51,290 nt of DNA, taken from assembly GCA_041686095.1 (NCBI GenBank), contig JAWLEN010000004.1, positions 1 through 51,290 on the forward strand, written 5' to 3'. This stretch comes from Candidatus Aminicenantes bacterium. GTDB lineage: Bacteria; Acidobacteriota; Aminicenantia; Aminicenantales; Aminicenantaceae. How positions within the stretch are numbered: position 1 is the first letter of the stretch; every line of letters starts with the position of its first letter. Positions 1 through 9,070 of this stretch are shown piece by piece. The translations under genes and the position numbers were made by a program. The notes beneath the pieces are model-generated. The model made no database searches, had not been told where the DNA came from, and worked only from the letters and a program-made list of their open reading frames with translations.

Positions 1-5
1 AAGAG

Positions 6-127
6 TAAAAGATGCCTGCATATAATAATTTCTATGCATGAAAAAAGTAAAAAAACATTAGGCCTTGGCTGTAATTTCATAAGAGAATGAATCGTGTTTT
101 TGAAAATAGGTAAGCAGGCATCTTTTA
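6..127. repeat. Perfect 14-bp inverted repeat TAAAAGATGCCTGC / GCAGGCATCTTTTA separated by 94 nt
   Basis: The arms are 6..19 and 114..127, and the right arm contains the stop codon of the reductase-like gene. A nested 6-bp palindrome TGCATA/TATGCA lies at 17..22 and 33..38. Confidence 0.7.
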
Positions 128-1075
128 TGAATGATACACATCCCGCCAGTATTGGAGTAAATCCAAAAGAGTCTTTTCAAGGCCTATCTTTGGCTCCCAG
201 GATATCTCCTTCTTGATTTTTCGATTGTCCCCTGTTAAAACTGGAATATCAGCTTTTCTCATTTTTGATTCATCTGCCTTCACATCGATTTTAACTTTGG
301 CATTTTCCAAGAGCGTATTGAGTACTTGCTTTAAAGAAATCGATTTGCCTGATGATACATTATAGACATGTCCTTTTTTTCCATTTTTTATTAAAGAATA
401 ATAAGCTTTGACTATATCCCTGACATCCACGAAATCTCTTTTTACTTCTATATTTCCTACTTTTATCAAAGGAGGGGAGAGACCCTTTTCAATTCTAGCT
501 ATTTGGCTGGCCCAATCAGAACAAACAAAATCAGGGCTCTGACCCGGACCTGTATGAGGAAAAGACCTAACTGTGACAATATCCATATCATCGATTTGAG
601 TATAAAATTGGCACAGGCGTTCCCCACTCAGTTTAGTAAAGGCATAAGGACTCACCGGCTGAACTGGATCTGTTTCTCTCAAAGGCCTAGTTTCTGATTC
701 TGGAATACCATATACCTCTGAAGAGCTGATGAAAAGAATTTTGGCATGAGAAGCATACTTTCTCAATGCTTCAAAAAGGTTTAAAGTGCCCATTAGATTG
801 ACTTCAAAAGTTTCTTTTCTTTTTTTCCATGACTGACCCACATTAGATACAGCCGCTAAATGAAGGACAGAGTCCGGTTTAGAAAATTCAATGAATTCTT
901 CGGTGTCCTTATCGGAACGGATGTCTATCTTATGTATGGTGCATTTTGAAGTGACTTGACTTGGTTCGGGCTCATCAGGGTAACAAAATCCAAAAATATC
1001 GTCTTCTTTGTTTCTTAATAAATAAAGAAAATGCTTCCCTACAAATCCTGATGCTCCGGTTAAAAATATCCGCAA
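125..1075 (-). CDS. NAD-dependent epimerase/dehydratase (extended SDR), GDP-6-deoxy-D-mannose reductase (Rmd)-like
   Basis: ORF 125..1147. It has a Rossmann motif 'FLTGASGFVGKHF', a catalytic YxxxK in 'SPYAFTK', and 'FPHTGPGQSPDF' typical of GDP-sugar reductases. The ATG at 1147 would overlap the upstream gene by 70 nt. An in-frame TTG at 1075, 2 nt after the upstream stop, gives MRIFLTGASG, so the start is placed there; the 1147 alternative is not excluded. Confidence 0.8.
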   Translation of the reverse strand: MRIFLTGASGFVGKHFLYLLRNKEDDIFGFCYPDEPEPSQVTSKCTIHKIDIRSDKDTEEFIEFSKPDSVLHLAAVSNVGQSWKKRKETFEVNLMGTLNLFEALRKYASHAKILFISSSEVYGIPESETRPLRETDPVQPVSPYAFTKLSGERLCQFYTQIDDMDIVTVRSFPHTGPGQSPDFVCSDWASQIARIEKGLSPPLIKVGNIEVKRDFVDVRDIVKAYYSLIKNGKKGHVYNVSSGKSISLKQVLNTLLENAKVKIDVKADESKMRKADIPVLTGDNRKIKKEISWEPKIGLEKTLLDLLQYWRDVYHS

Positions 1076-1077
1076 TG

Positions 1078-2034
1078 CTAAACTCTTTCCCTCCAAAAAT
1101 CCAGCAGATCTTTTAAAGATTGACTGAACGGTATTTTCGGTTCCCATCCAGTGATTTTTCTAAACTTTGTGCTGTCAGAAAGAAGGACAGGAACATCAGA
1201 AGGTCTTAATCTATCAGGATCTACCTTGATCCTGATGTCATCTTCAGTCAAAGAAAGCAGCTTATCAAGTATTTCCTTAATCCGGTAAGTTTTTCCAGTC
1301 CCAATGTTATACACCTCCCCCTTTTTGCCTTTTTCTAAACTCAGCCAGTAGGCGCGAACCATATCTCTCACATCAGTAAAATCTCTTTTTGCATCAAGGT
1401 TTCCTACATACATAACTGGTTCCTGTTTTTTCTTCTCGATCATGGCGATCTGTTTAGCAAAATTAGAACAAATAAAAACATCACCCCTGCGTGGGCCAGT
1501 GTGATTAAATCCTCTGGTCCTTACGGTATGTAATCCATAGCTTTTAAAATATTGATAAGCAAGGAGGTCTTGAGCCACTTTACTCACCGCATAAGGACTT
1601 AAGGGCCTTAAATGATTATCCTCTTTCATGGGCACTTCATTAGGATGGACAAGGCCATATTCTTCACTGGAACCCGCAATTTGTATTCTGGGATTGATTC
1701 CAAGACTGAGCACAGCTTCGAATAAATTGATTTCTCCGACGGCATTGATTGAAAATGTTTCTGCAGGACAATTCCATGAAGTGGGCACAAAGCTTTGTGC
1801 GGCAAGATGAAATATGCGGTCAGGGAGAATCTGAGAAAGTGCTTTTTTTAGGGAAACAATATCCTTTAAATCTGCCTCATAAAGATTTATCTTATCTAAA
1901 ATATGATCAATGTTATCCCTTCGGCTCCTCCATCGTATAAAACCATAGATTTCCACATCCTTATGCTGCGACAAAATGTAATCAGCAAGATGGCTTCCTG
2001 CAAATCCTGTTATCCCAGTAATCAAAACTTTCAT
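1078..2034 (-). CDS. NAD-dependent dehydratase (extended SDR), GDP-mannose 4,6-dehydratase-like
   Basis: 318 aa with 'ITGITGFAGSHL' (Rossmann), 'SPYAVSK' (YxxxK) and 'FNHTGPRRG', which resembles the NHESPRRG motif of Gmd. AGGAGGG lies upstream of the ATG. Confidence 0.8.
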   Translation of the reverse strand: MKVLITGITGFAGSHLADYILSQHKDVEIYGFIRWRSRRDNIDHILDKINLYEADLKDIVSLKKALSQILPDRIFHLAAQSFVPTSWNCPAETFSINAVGEINLFEAVLSLGINPRIQIAGSSEEYGLVHPNEVPMKEDNHLRPLSPYAVSKVAQDLLAYQYFKSYGLHTVRTRGFNHTGPRRGDVFICSNFAKQIAMIEKKKQEPVMYVGNLDAKRDFTDVRDMVRAYWLSLEKGKKGEVYNIGTGKTYRIKEILDKLLSLTEDDIRIKVDPDRLRPSDVPVLLSDSTKFRKITGWEPKIPFSQSLKDLLDFWRERV

Positions 2035-2125
2035 CGTCCCTCCTTTTTTTAGTTTCTGTTTGACATCCTTATTGAACTCTTTTAACTGCGTTTTCTAATT
2101 CTTTCCCGCTCACTTTATCTTAAAC

Positions 2126-4267
2126 TTAAAATCCAAATCCACCTAGAAAATCCTCGGTTTTACTAATACCTCCTAATTCCAGTGTGAAACCAAATTGGAT
2201 CTCTGGTTTATCGCGGAAATAGAAAATCCTCAAGTCAGCCCCAAAATCAAGGCACTGATAATGATATATCAAAGAAACAGCAGAATAAAGAAGCTTTTTT
2301 TCTCGTATATTGTAATCCACCTCTGCTTCAGCTTCAAGAGCAAGTCTGGGTATCCTTCCCCCTCCAAAAAAGCTTATCTGGTGTCTGTTAAGCAGATAAT
2401 TTTCTCTGTAGGGATTTACACTTTTGTACCAATTGACTCTTAAAAACCAATCATCCGTCGGTACACCCAAATTAGCTCCGACTCTAATGCTGGAAAGGCT
2501 TTTGTAATAAGGATTGAATGATGCCGAGGCATCCAGACTATATTTTCTTGTGGGATAGAACCTAATGTTTCCGCTTATATCAGAAAATTCAGGTATTTCA
2601 TCATCAACCCTGTATCGACTAAGGGGTCCTTTTTCAGGGTTCAAATAAAAAGTCTGAGTTAATCCCAGAGAAATTATTTCTCTGGGCATATCATTTTCTT
2701 TGATAAGAAAACGATTAACAAGACCATATCGTAAATAATGATAAATATAAAAAGCTGTGGATGTGATGATTCTCTCTGAATTCTTTACAGGGCTTTCATA
2801 TCTATAGGTAAAGGTCGGTTCAATGATATGTTTTAATTTTGCCTTTTTATTCGAATCAAAAAAAATTCTATTAAAAACAGGTCCAATAAACTCAATATCA
2901 ACAGAATAATTCCTGGTTAAAACCGGTTCGTTAATGACCTCTTTTGTATCTTCTGACAAGCTTTTCAAGTAATAGGAAAAATTGGATAATAAATTTGTAT
3001 TGATAGTGAGCCACGGAATCTCATTAAAAGGAACACTGACTCTGGGAACAAACATTAAATACTGGTTGCTTTTCTGATTGCCTTGTTCAAACTGATAATC
3101 CCAACCTCGTTCCCATCTCTCAAATTTTGAAGAAAAAGAAAAGAAAACCGGAGAGAATAATTCAATTTTAGAAGAAGAAAAAGAAATCGAGGGGAAGCTG
3201 TGTTTTATGATAGACCTATCCATTGATCTATAATAGGTTTCAAAGCGGCCGGCCCGGGCATTAAAATTGAAATAGGACCAAGATTTTGTGAGGTAAACCT
3301 GTGAACGCCTATTGGCCACCACAGCCCGATTGAAATTATTGTCAAACTCTCTGAGAAAATCAAAAGAACTCTGATAATCGATATCACTCACTAAATTGAA
3401 ATTAAAAGGTAAACGCTGGTTGTGCTGCATACGAAAAATGTAAGCGTTATTTTCCTCTGTTTTTAAGTATTCCGTATCTGTAAAATTAAAATAAAAAAGG
3501 TCTATATTTCCACGAATATTATCTGAAAAAATATATCTGTACTGAAGACCCCCTCCATATCCTATGGCCGAATAATAGTTAATGTTAGCGGTAGCATCCA
3601 TGTTTCTCTTAATAGCCCAGTAGAAAGCTTGATCAAAAATCATGCCTTTATTTCCTGAGTATCCAAATCGTGGCATTAAAAATCCACTCGCTCTATCTTT
3701 AATCGGATATCTCATATAAGGAAGATATAAAACGGGTATTTTTTTTAGAGAAAACACAGAATTCCACATCTCAATATAATTATCTTTTTTATAATTTGCT
3801 TTTGAGCATGAAAATTTCCATCTTGGAACTTCTTGGGTGCATGTGGTGATCCAAGCTTTCTTCAACTTATAAAACTCTCCGCTTTCCCTTTTTACAGATT
3901 GAGCCTCATAGGTCATGGTAGGCTTTACCATCCCATATGCTTTCTCCATCTCTCCTTTTGTGGTATCGAGATTAATATCAATCTCTTTCACCCTTATCAC
4001 TTCTCCCGGCATATGGATACTTACATTTCCCTTAGCTGTAATATCTTTTGTTTCTATGTTTAATTCGGCCCAATCAGCAAAAAGTATAATATCTTTATAA
4101 CGGATCTCAACATTTCCTGAAGCTGTGACTTTATTATCAGTTTTTTCTTCATATCGAGCGATTATTTTAACTGAAGGCGGTTCATCTTTTTGATTTGAGC
4201 TTAAAACAACATTAATCATCATGAATAAAATAACAATGAATAAACAAATCCCTTTTCTTCCGTTCAT
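2126..4267 (-). CDS. lptD: LPS-assembly outer-membrane protein LptD (OstA family)
   Basis: 713 aa with an N-terminal signal peptide and an OstA-like N-domain ('VTASGNVEIRYKDIILFADWAELN', 'AKGNVSI'). The long C-terminal part is rich in alternating aromatic residues, consistent with a beta-barrel, and ends in ...GGFGF. Confidence 0.85.
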   Translation of the reverse strand: MNGRKGICLFIVILFMMINVVLSSNQKDEPPSVKIIARYEEKTDNKVTASGNVEIRYKDIILFADWAELNIETKDITAKGNVSIHMPGEVIRVKEIDINLDTTKGEMEKAYGMVKPTMTYEAQSVKRESGEFYKLKKAWITTCTQEVPRWKFSCSKANYKKDNYIEMWNSVFSLKKIPVLYLPYMRYPIKDRASGFLMPRFGYSGNKGMIFDQAFYWAIKRNMDATANINYYSAIGYGGGLQYRYIFSDNIRGNIDLFYFNFTDTEYLKTEENNAYIFRMQHNQRLPFNFNLVSDIDYQSSFDFLREFDNNFNRAVVANRRSQVYLTKSWSYFNFNARAGRFETYYRSMDRSIIKHSFPSISFSSSKIELFSPVFFSFSSKFERWERGWDYQFEQGNQKSNQYLMFVPRVSVPFNEIPWLTINTNLLSNFSYYLKSLSEDTKEVINEPVLTRNYSVDIEFIGPVFNRIFFDSNKKAKLKHIIEPTFTYRYESPVKNSERIITSTAFYIYHYLRYGLVNRFLIKENDMPREIISLGLTQTFYLNPEKGPLSRYRVDDEIPEFSDISGNIRFYPTRKYSLDASASFNPYYKSLSSIRVGANLGVPTDDWFLRVNWYKSVNPYRENYLLNRHQISFFGGGRIPRLALEAEAEVDYNIREKKLLYSAVSLIYHYQCLDFGADLRIFYFRDKPEIQFGFTLELGGISKTEDFLGGFGF

Positions 4268-4276
4268 TTGGAATAA

Positions 4277-4305
4277 AATTTAACACAACCCCCTTTACAA
4301 ATCAA
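4277..4305 (-). promoter_or_regulatory. Putative sigma70-type promoter of lptD (TTGATT-17-TAAATT), 9 nt from the ATG
   Basis: Read on the minus strand: TTGATT (4305..4300), a 17-nt spacer, TAAATT (4282..4277), then TTATTCCAA and the ATG at 4267. There is no Shine-Dalgarno. Confidence 0.4.
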
Positions 4306-4315
4306 TACAGAGCAC

Positions 4316-4344
4316 TTGACAGCTGCCTAGATTAAACAGATAAT
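4316..4344 (+). promoter_or_regulatory. Putative sigma70-type promoter of the atpZIBE module (TTGACA-17-GATAAT)
   Basis: A consensus TTGACA at 4316..4321, an exact 17-nt spacer, and GATAAT at 4339..4344. It lies about 60 nt upstream of atpZ, back-to-back with the lptD promoter. Confidence 0.5.
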
Positions 4345-4405
4345 AACGGAAAGTCAGGTCCCAACAGAAAAAACATTCGTTAAATAAATTAAACCGTAAA
4401 GTTTT

Positions 4406-4642
4406 TTGATGGATCAAAAAAAATCACCCCAGTCAAAAAAAGAAAGTACCCGTAAAATATTAGAACTCAGTTCCATTGGCCTGGCTCTTCCCTCTTCTAT
4501 AGCCATAGGTCTTTTTTTGGGTTATTATCTAGATAAATTGTTTGGAACCGATCCCTGGCTTCTTATTATTTTCCTTTTATTCGGTATCGCATCAGGTATA
4601 ATATCCCTTATCCGAGGAGTCAACAAATACAAAGACGAGTGA
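4406..4642 (+). CDS. atpZ: AtpZ/AtpI-like small membrane protein of F-ATPase operons (ATPase_gene1 family)
   Basis: 78 aa with two TM helices ('LALPSSIAIGLFLGYYLDKLFGTDPWLLIIFLLFGIASGI'), positioned first in the atp module. The start is TTG at 4406 or ATG at 4409. Confidence 0.6.
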   Translation: MMDQKKSPQSKKESTRKILELSSIGLALPSSIAIGLFLGYYLDKLFGTDPWLLIIFLLFGIASGIISLIRGVNKYKDE

Positions 4643-4664
4643 GTCTGGGTAAACATCCCGGGAT

Positions 4665-5069
4665 ATGAAAATGAATTCAAAGGACCAAAATTTTGAAGAA
4701 AAGATACTGAGACGAATACCCAAAGAGATCCTGGTGGTCTCTTTAATTCTAGCTATAGGGACTGTTTTTGTCTTTGATTTGATCACAGCCGTGCTGTTGT
4801 TTATCGGTGGGGCTATCGCAGCTATCAGTTTTATTTGGCTTAAAAAATCAATAACAAGGCTTTTATCTTTGGAGAAAAAAAAGGCGGTAAAATCAGCGGC
4901 TTTGTTTTACGGACTCAGGCTTGTATTGATTATTGCTGTGATATTTACTATAATTTTATTCTTTCAAAACAAAATATTAGCATTTGCGGCAGGCTTTTCG
5001 ACAATAATTGTCGTATTCCTGATTGAAGGTATTATTGCTGTTTCGAAAATGATGCGATGGAAAAATTAG
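4665..5069 (+). CDS. atpI: ATP synthase protein I (AtpI-like membrane protein)
   Basis: 134 aa, four predicted TM segments, located directly upstream of and overlapping atpB. Confidence 0.55.
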   Translation: MKMNSKDQNFEEKILRRIPKEILVVSLILAIGTVFVFDLITAVLLFIGGAIAAISFIWLKKSITRLLSLEKKKAVKSAALFYGLRLVLIIAVIFTIILFFQNKILAFAAGFSTIIVVFLIEGIIAVSKMMRWKN

Positions 5070-5803
5070 AACACAGTTTGTATATAGTAGAATTGTTCAA
5101 CAAAATATTTAGTAAACCTATAGCTTGGGTCCTATCTTTGTTTGGAATCCAAATTAAAAATCCAGAGCATTTCATTCCTGATTATGTCGTGATGAGTATC
5201 ATTGTAGCTATTGTCCTCATTGTGTTTTTCAAGCTCGCTTCAAGAAATTTAAAGCTGGTTCCCTCTAAACGACAAAGCTTGCTGGAATTATTGATCCAGA
5301 CTTTTGAAAACCAGCTGGTTGAAATTGTTGGTGAACAAGGAAGAAAATATGTGCCTCTTGTAGCTACCATCGGGATATTTATTTTTACCAGCAATATTCT
5401 GGGGCTCATTCCTGGTCTTATGTCTCCTACAAGCAAACTGAACGTGACCGCAGCCTGTGCTCTGGTTGTGTTTGTCTATTACCACTGGCAGGGAGTAAAA
5501 AGCCTGGGTTTTTTTAGATATCTCAAACATTTTTTGGGCCCTATTCCTCTTCTGGCTCCCCTCATGCTTCCCATAGAAATAATCAGCCATTTTTCTAGAG
5601 TGGTGTCTTTATCCATACGACTTTTTGGTAACATATTCGCTGAAGAACTTCTTATTGTGGTTATGATGTCTATCATCCCCTTCTTCCTGCCTCTTCCATT
5701 TATGGCTGTGGCTATTTTTACAGCCTTTATCCAAGCTTTTGTTTTTGTGCTGTTAACATGCATTTATCTATCAGGAGCCGTGGCCCAGGAGGAAGAACAT
5801 TAA
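5057..5803 (+). CDS. atpB: F0F1 ATP synthase subunit a
   Basis: 248 aa polytopic membrane protein carrying the invariant stator arginine motif 'LSIRLFGNIFAEE'. Confidence 0.95.
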   Translation: MEKLEHSLYIVELFNKIFSKPIAWVLSLFGIQIKNPEHFIPDYVVMSIIVAIVLIVFFKLASRNLKLVPSKRQSLLELLIQTFENQLVEIVGEQGRKYVPLVATIGIFIFTSNILGLIPGLMSPTSKLNVTAACALVVFVYYHWQGVKSLGFFRYLKHFLGPIPLLAPLMLPIEIISHFSRVVSLSIRLFGNIFAEELLIVVMMSIIPFFLPLPFMAVAIFTAFIQAFVFVLLTCIYLSGAVAQEEEH

Positions 5804-5820
5804 TCTAAAAGGAGAAAAAA

Positions 5821-6165
5821 ATGCCTAAAAATTTCAAACCATTGTTTTTACTTTTCTTTTTAATGATCATGATGAGTGCTCCACTTTTAGCTCAAGAAGC
5901 AGAGCTTTCTAACCAAAGAGCCTCGTTATTTAAACTGTCCTTGATCATAGGAGCAGCTGTGATAACTCTTGCTGCCGCCGCTGGTATTTTTGGTCAAGCC
6001 AAAGCTATAAGCAGCGCATGCGAAGGCATCTCCAGAAACCCGAATTCCGGACCTCATATCAGATTCTTGCTGATTTTTGGTCTAGTCCTCATCGAAACTC
6101 TGGTTATCTATGCTCTCCTTATTTCTATTATTATTCTTATGGTGAAGTGGGGGCAATACGTTTAA
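5821..6165 (+). CDS. atpE: F0F1 ATP synthase subunit c, with N-terminal signal-like extension
   Basis: It has the loop motif 'ISRNP' and the ion-binding Glu in 'LIETLVIYAL'. An AGGAG SD is present. At 114 aa it is longer than usual because of an about 35-aa hydrophobic N-terminal extension. Confidence 0.9.
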   Translation: MPKNFKPLFLLFFLMIMMSAPLLAQEAELSNQRASLFKLSLIIGAAVITLAAAAGIFGQAKAISSACEGISRNPNSGPHIRFLLIFGLVLIETLVIYALLISIIILMVKWGQYV

Positions 6166-6190
6166 ACAAAATAAATAACCGACCAAACCC

Positions 6191-7060
6191 ATGCACAAGT
6201 CTGTCTTCAATATTATTAAAACCACTTTTAAAAGATTTAATGAAGACAGATGTGGGAATTTTTCTATCATCGTTTCTTATTTTACATTACTGTGTGCTAT
6301 TCCTCTGGTTGCCCTTTTCGCTTTCATCACCACAAAAGTATTGGGAAGCTCTGAGCTTGCTTTCCGAAGCCTCAATATTCTATCCGATGAATTCTTTGCC
6401 CAATTAGATCCGCTCTTCTTCCAAAGAGTCCAATCTGTATCAAAAAACATAGGTAATCTCGGCTGGTTTGGGCTTGCCGGCTCTTTCATAGCTGCCAGCT
6501 TTTTGTTTTCCAACCTTATTTATTCTATCAATTTCATATTTAAAGCAAACTACCAAAAATCATTCTTTTACAACCGTCTTATGGAATACCTCATTATGTT
6601 CGTCTTAGGAATCATCATGCTCATTTCTCTCTCTATCACAGCCATATGGACAGCCCTTCATAGAACTTTAAAAGAAAGCGAGGCTATTGCTAACCATATA
6701 AATCCCAAAGTGGCCTCTCTTGCTGACAATTTTTTTCTTCAGTATCTCATCCCCCTTACGCTTACTTTTGTTGTTTTTTTTATTCTTTATAAGTTTATAC
6801 CTGAGGTTAAAGTCTACACTAAAGCCGCTGCCATTGCTGCTGCCATAAGTACTATATTATGGGAAGTATTCAAACGTCTTTTTGCTTTTTATGTGGCCCA
6901 TCTATCAGCGATTGGAATTGTTTTATCAAAGCTGCTCCAAGGAACTCTAACTTCTATTATATTCTTTCTATTGTGGATATCTTTTTCTCTGATGATTCTT
7001 TTCTGGGGTGCTGAATTAGCTGCTGTTCTTAATGAGAGGTTTCATGAAAAATCAGCCTAA
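6191..7060 (+). CDS. YihY/BrkB family inner-membrane protein
   Basis: 289 aa, about 6 TM segments, with an N-terminal '[20 protein letters not shown]' segment typical of the YihY/virulence factor BrkB family. Confidence 0.75.
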   Translation: MHKSVFNIIKTTFKRFNEDRCGNFSIIVSYFTLLCAIPLVALFAFITTKVLGSSELAFRSLNILSDEFFAQLDPLFFQRVQSVSKNIGNLGWFGLAGSFIAASFLFSNLIYSINFIFKANYQKSFFYNRLMEYLIMFVLGIIMLISLSITAIWTALHRTLKESEAIANHINPKVASLADNFFLQYLIPLTLTFVVFFILYKFIPEVKVYTKAAAIAAAISTILWEVFKRLFAFYVAHLSAIGIVLSKLLQGTLTSIIFFLLWISFSLMILFWGAELAAVLNERFHEKSA

Positions 7061-8114
7061 AAAACCAGTCCCTCCTCTGACAGTCAAAAAAATAGCTAAA
7101 TACTTGAATTGTTCCTTTGAAGGAAACGGTGAAACAGTCATAAAAGGAGTTTCCGGTCTTGAAAAAGCAGATAAAGGGGATTTGGTCTTTTTTTCTCAAA
7201 AAAAATACCGTAAATCACTCCAAAAAACCCATGCTTCAGCAGCTATCATTCCTATGGATGAGGAATTCGAACAACTTCCTGTGATTAAATCAGAAAATCC
7301 CCATTTAAGCTTTGTCAAAGTGATTGAACTTCTGCATCATTCTCAACTTCCTAAACCAGGGATCCACCCCAACGCTTCAGTCTCTCCTTTAGCTAGAATC
7401 GGAACTGATGTGTCCATAGGTGCGTTTGTTTCCATTGGTGATCATGCTGTTATCGGAGACAGAACCGTCATTTTTCCCCTAGTCACCATCTATCCTGATG
7501 TAAAAATCGGAAAAGACTGTGTCATCCATTCCAATGTGGCTATCCGCTCTTCAACTGAAATTGGAAGCAAAGTGATTCTTCACAATGGAGTCAAACTTGG
7601 CTCTGATGGGTTTGGATATGTTAAGAAAAAAGAGGGACCTTACGCCAAAATCCCTCAGATCGGAAAACTAATCATTAAAGATAATGTCGAAATCGGTGCC
7701 AATACCTCTATAGACAGAGCATCCTTGGACCAAACGGTTATTCACCAGGGGGTCAAAATAGATAATCTGGTTCAAATAGCTCATAACGTCATTATTGGAA
7801 AAGATTCAATTATTGCAGGGCAAGCAGGAATCAGCGGCAGTGTCAAAGTGGGAAAAAATGTCATAATGGGAGGACAAGTCGGCATTGCCGATCATATAGA
7901 AATTGGTGATAACACCATCATTGCCGCCAAAACCGGTGTTTCAGGAAACATCCCTCCAGATTCTATTATTGCAGGTTATCCCCACCGGACTATCACGGAA
8001 TGGAAAAAAATATGGGCCTCTTTATCCAGGCTCCGTCCTATGATGAAAGAGTTGAACAGACTAAAAAAACGCATAAAAAAATTGGAAAACAATAAAAATA
8101 ACACCCAAACCTAA
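7032..8114 (+). CDS. lpxD: UDP-3-O-(3-hydroxyacyl)glucosamine N-acyltransferase
   Basis: It has an N-terminal LpxD domain ('TVKKIAKYL...[16 protein letters not shown]'), left-handed beta-helix hexapeptide repeats and 'LGSDGFGY'. ATG at 7044 (MKNQ...) is an alternative start. Confidence 0.9.
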   Translation: MRGFMKNQPKKPVPPLTVKKIAKYLNCSFEGNGETVIKGVSGLEKADKGDLVFFSQKKYRKSLQKTHASAAIIPMDEEFEQLPVIKSENPHLSFVKVIELLHHSQLPKPGIHPNASVSPLARIGTDVSIGAFVSIGDHAVIGDRTVIFPLVTIYPDVKIGKDCVIHSNVAIRSSTEIGSKVILHNGVKLGSDGFGYVKKKEGPYAKIPQIGKLIIKDNVEIGANTSIDRASLDQTVIHQGVKIDNLVQIAHNVIIGKDSIIAGQAGISGSVKVGKNVIMGGQVGIADHIEIGDNTIIAAKTGVSGNIPPDSIIAGYPHRTITEWKKIWASLSRLRPMMKELNRLKKRIKKLENNKNNTQT

Positions 8115-8117
8115 ATT

Positions 8118-9041
8118 CTATCTATTCTCTTCAATATATTTGTTAACAGCAAGACCAGCTTCAACTCCAGCTCCGACTGCTGTGGCCACCTGGTTGCTGC
8201 AGGTATCAGTCACATCTCCGGCTGCAAATATCCCTTGTTTAGATGTTTCCATGTTCTTCCCGACTATGACCTCCCCCTTCTCATTTAAATCAACCAGTCC
8301 TTTGACTATATTTGTATTGGGAACCATACCAATAGAGACAAATATCCCATCCAGATTTATTTCAAATTTATCCTTATTTTTGATATTCAGTATGTTTGCT
8401 TTTTGCACTTTTTGATCACCCTTTATCTCCGTTACCACTGAATTCAATGCCAGATTAATTTTCTTGTTTTCTTTGGTTCTTTTCTGGAGTAATTTCTCTG
8501 CTCGAAGGTGTTCCCGGCGGTGAATGATATGGACCATTTTTGCGAACTTTGTCAGAAACAAGGCTTCTGTTAAGGCATAGCTTCCTCCTCCTATTACGGC
8601 CACAACTTTATCTCTAAAAAAGGCGGCGTCGCAAGTGGCACAGTAGGAAACCCCTTTCCCAGTAAACTCACTCTCTCCAGGAACATCTAATTTTCTATGA
8701 CTTGATCCAGTAGCCACAATCACGACCCTGGCTGAATATTTGTTTTCCGCCGCAGTGATAACCCATACATCCTTTTCTCTTTCTATTTTCTTGATCTCTT
8801 CTTGATTTATTTCACATCCAAACTTTACAGCCTGAGATTTAAATTTATCTGCGAGAGAAAACGATGATACTGACTCAGAAAAACCTGGGTAATTTTCTAT
8901 TTTGTCTGTCAATAAGATCTGACCTCCGGGCACTCCCTTATCTAAAATAAGAGTTCTCAATAGAGCCCGTCCTGTGTAAATACCTGCTGATAAGCCTGCG
9001 GGCCCTGCTCCTACAATGACCACATCATAGATTTGTTTCAA
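8118..9041 (-). CDS. trxB: Thioredoxin-disulfide reductase
   Basis: It has an FAD motif 'VVIVGAGPAGLSAG', the redox-active 'CATCD', and an NADPH motif 'VIGGGSYA'. Confidence 0.95.
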   Translation of the reverse strand: MKQIYDVVIVGAGPAGLSAGIYTGRALLRTLILDKGVPGGQILLTDKIENYPGFSESVSSFSLADKFKSQAVKFGCEINQEEIKKIEREKDVWVITAAENKYSARVVIVATGSSHRKLDVPGESEFTGKGVSYCATCDAAFFRDKVVAVIGGGSYALTEALFLTKFAKMVHIIHRREHLRAEKLLQKRTKENKKINLALNSVVTEIKGDQKVQKANILNIKNKDKFEINLDGIFVSIGMVPNTNIVKGLVDLNEKGEVIVGKNMETSKQGIFAAGDVTDTCSNQVATAVGAGVEAGLAVNKYIEENR

Positions 9042-9070
9042 GACCGAATATTCCTTTCTGTTCTAATTCT

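Noticed and set aside
6018-6407. A 129-aa ORF bridging atpE and yihY
   Set aside because: It is out of frame with two well-supported membrane-protein genes and spans their intergenic gap. It has no independent signal.
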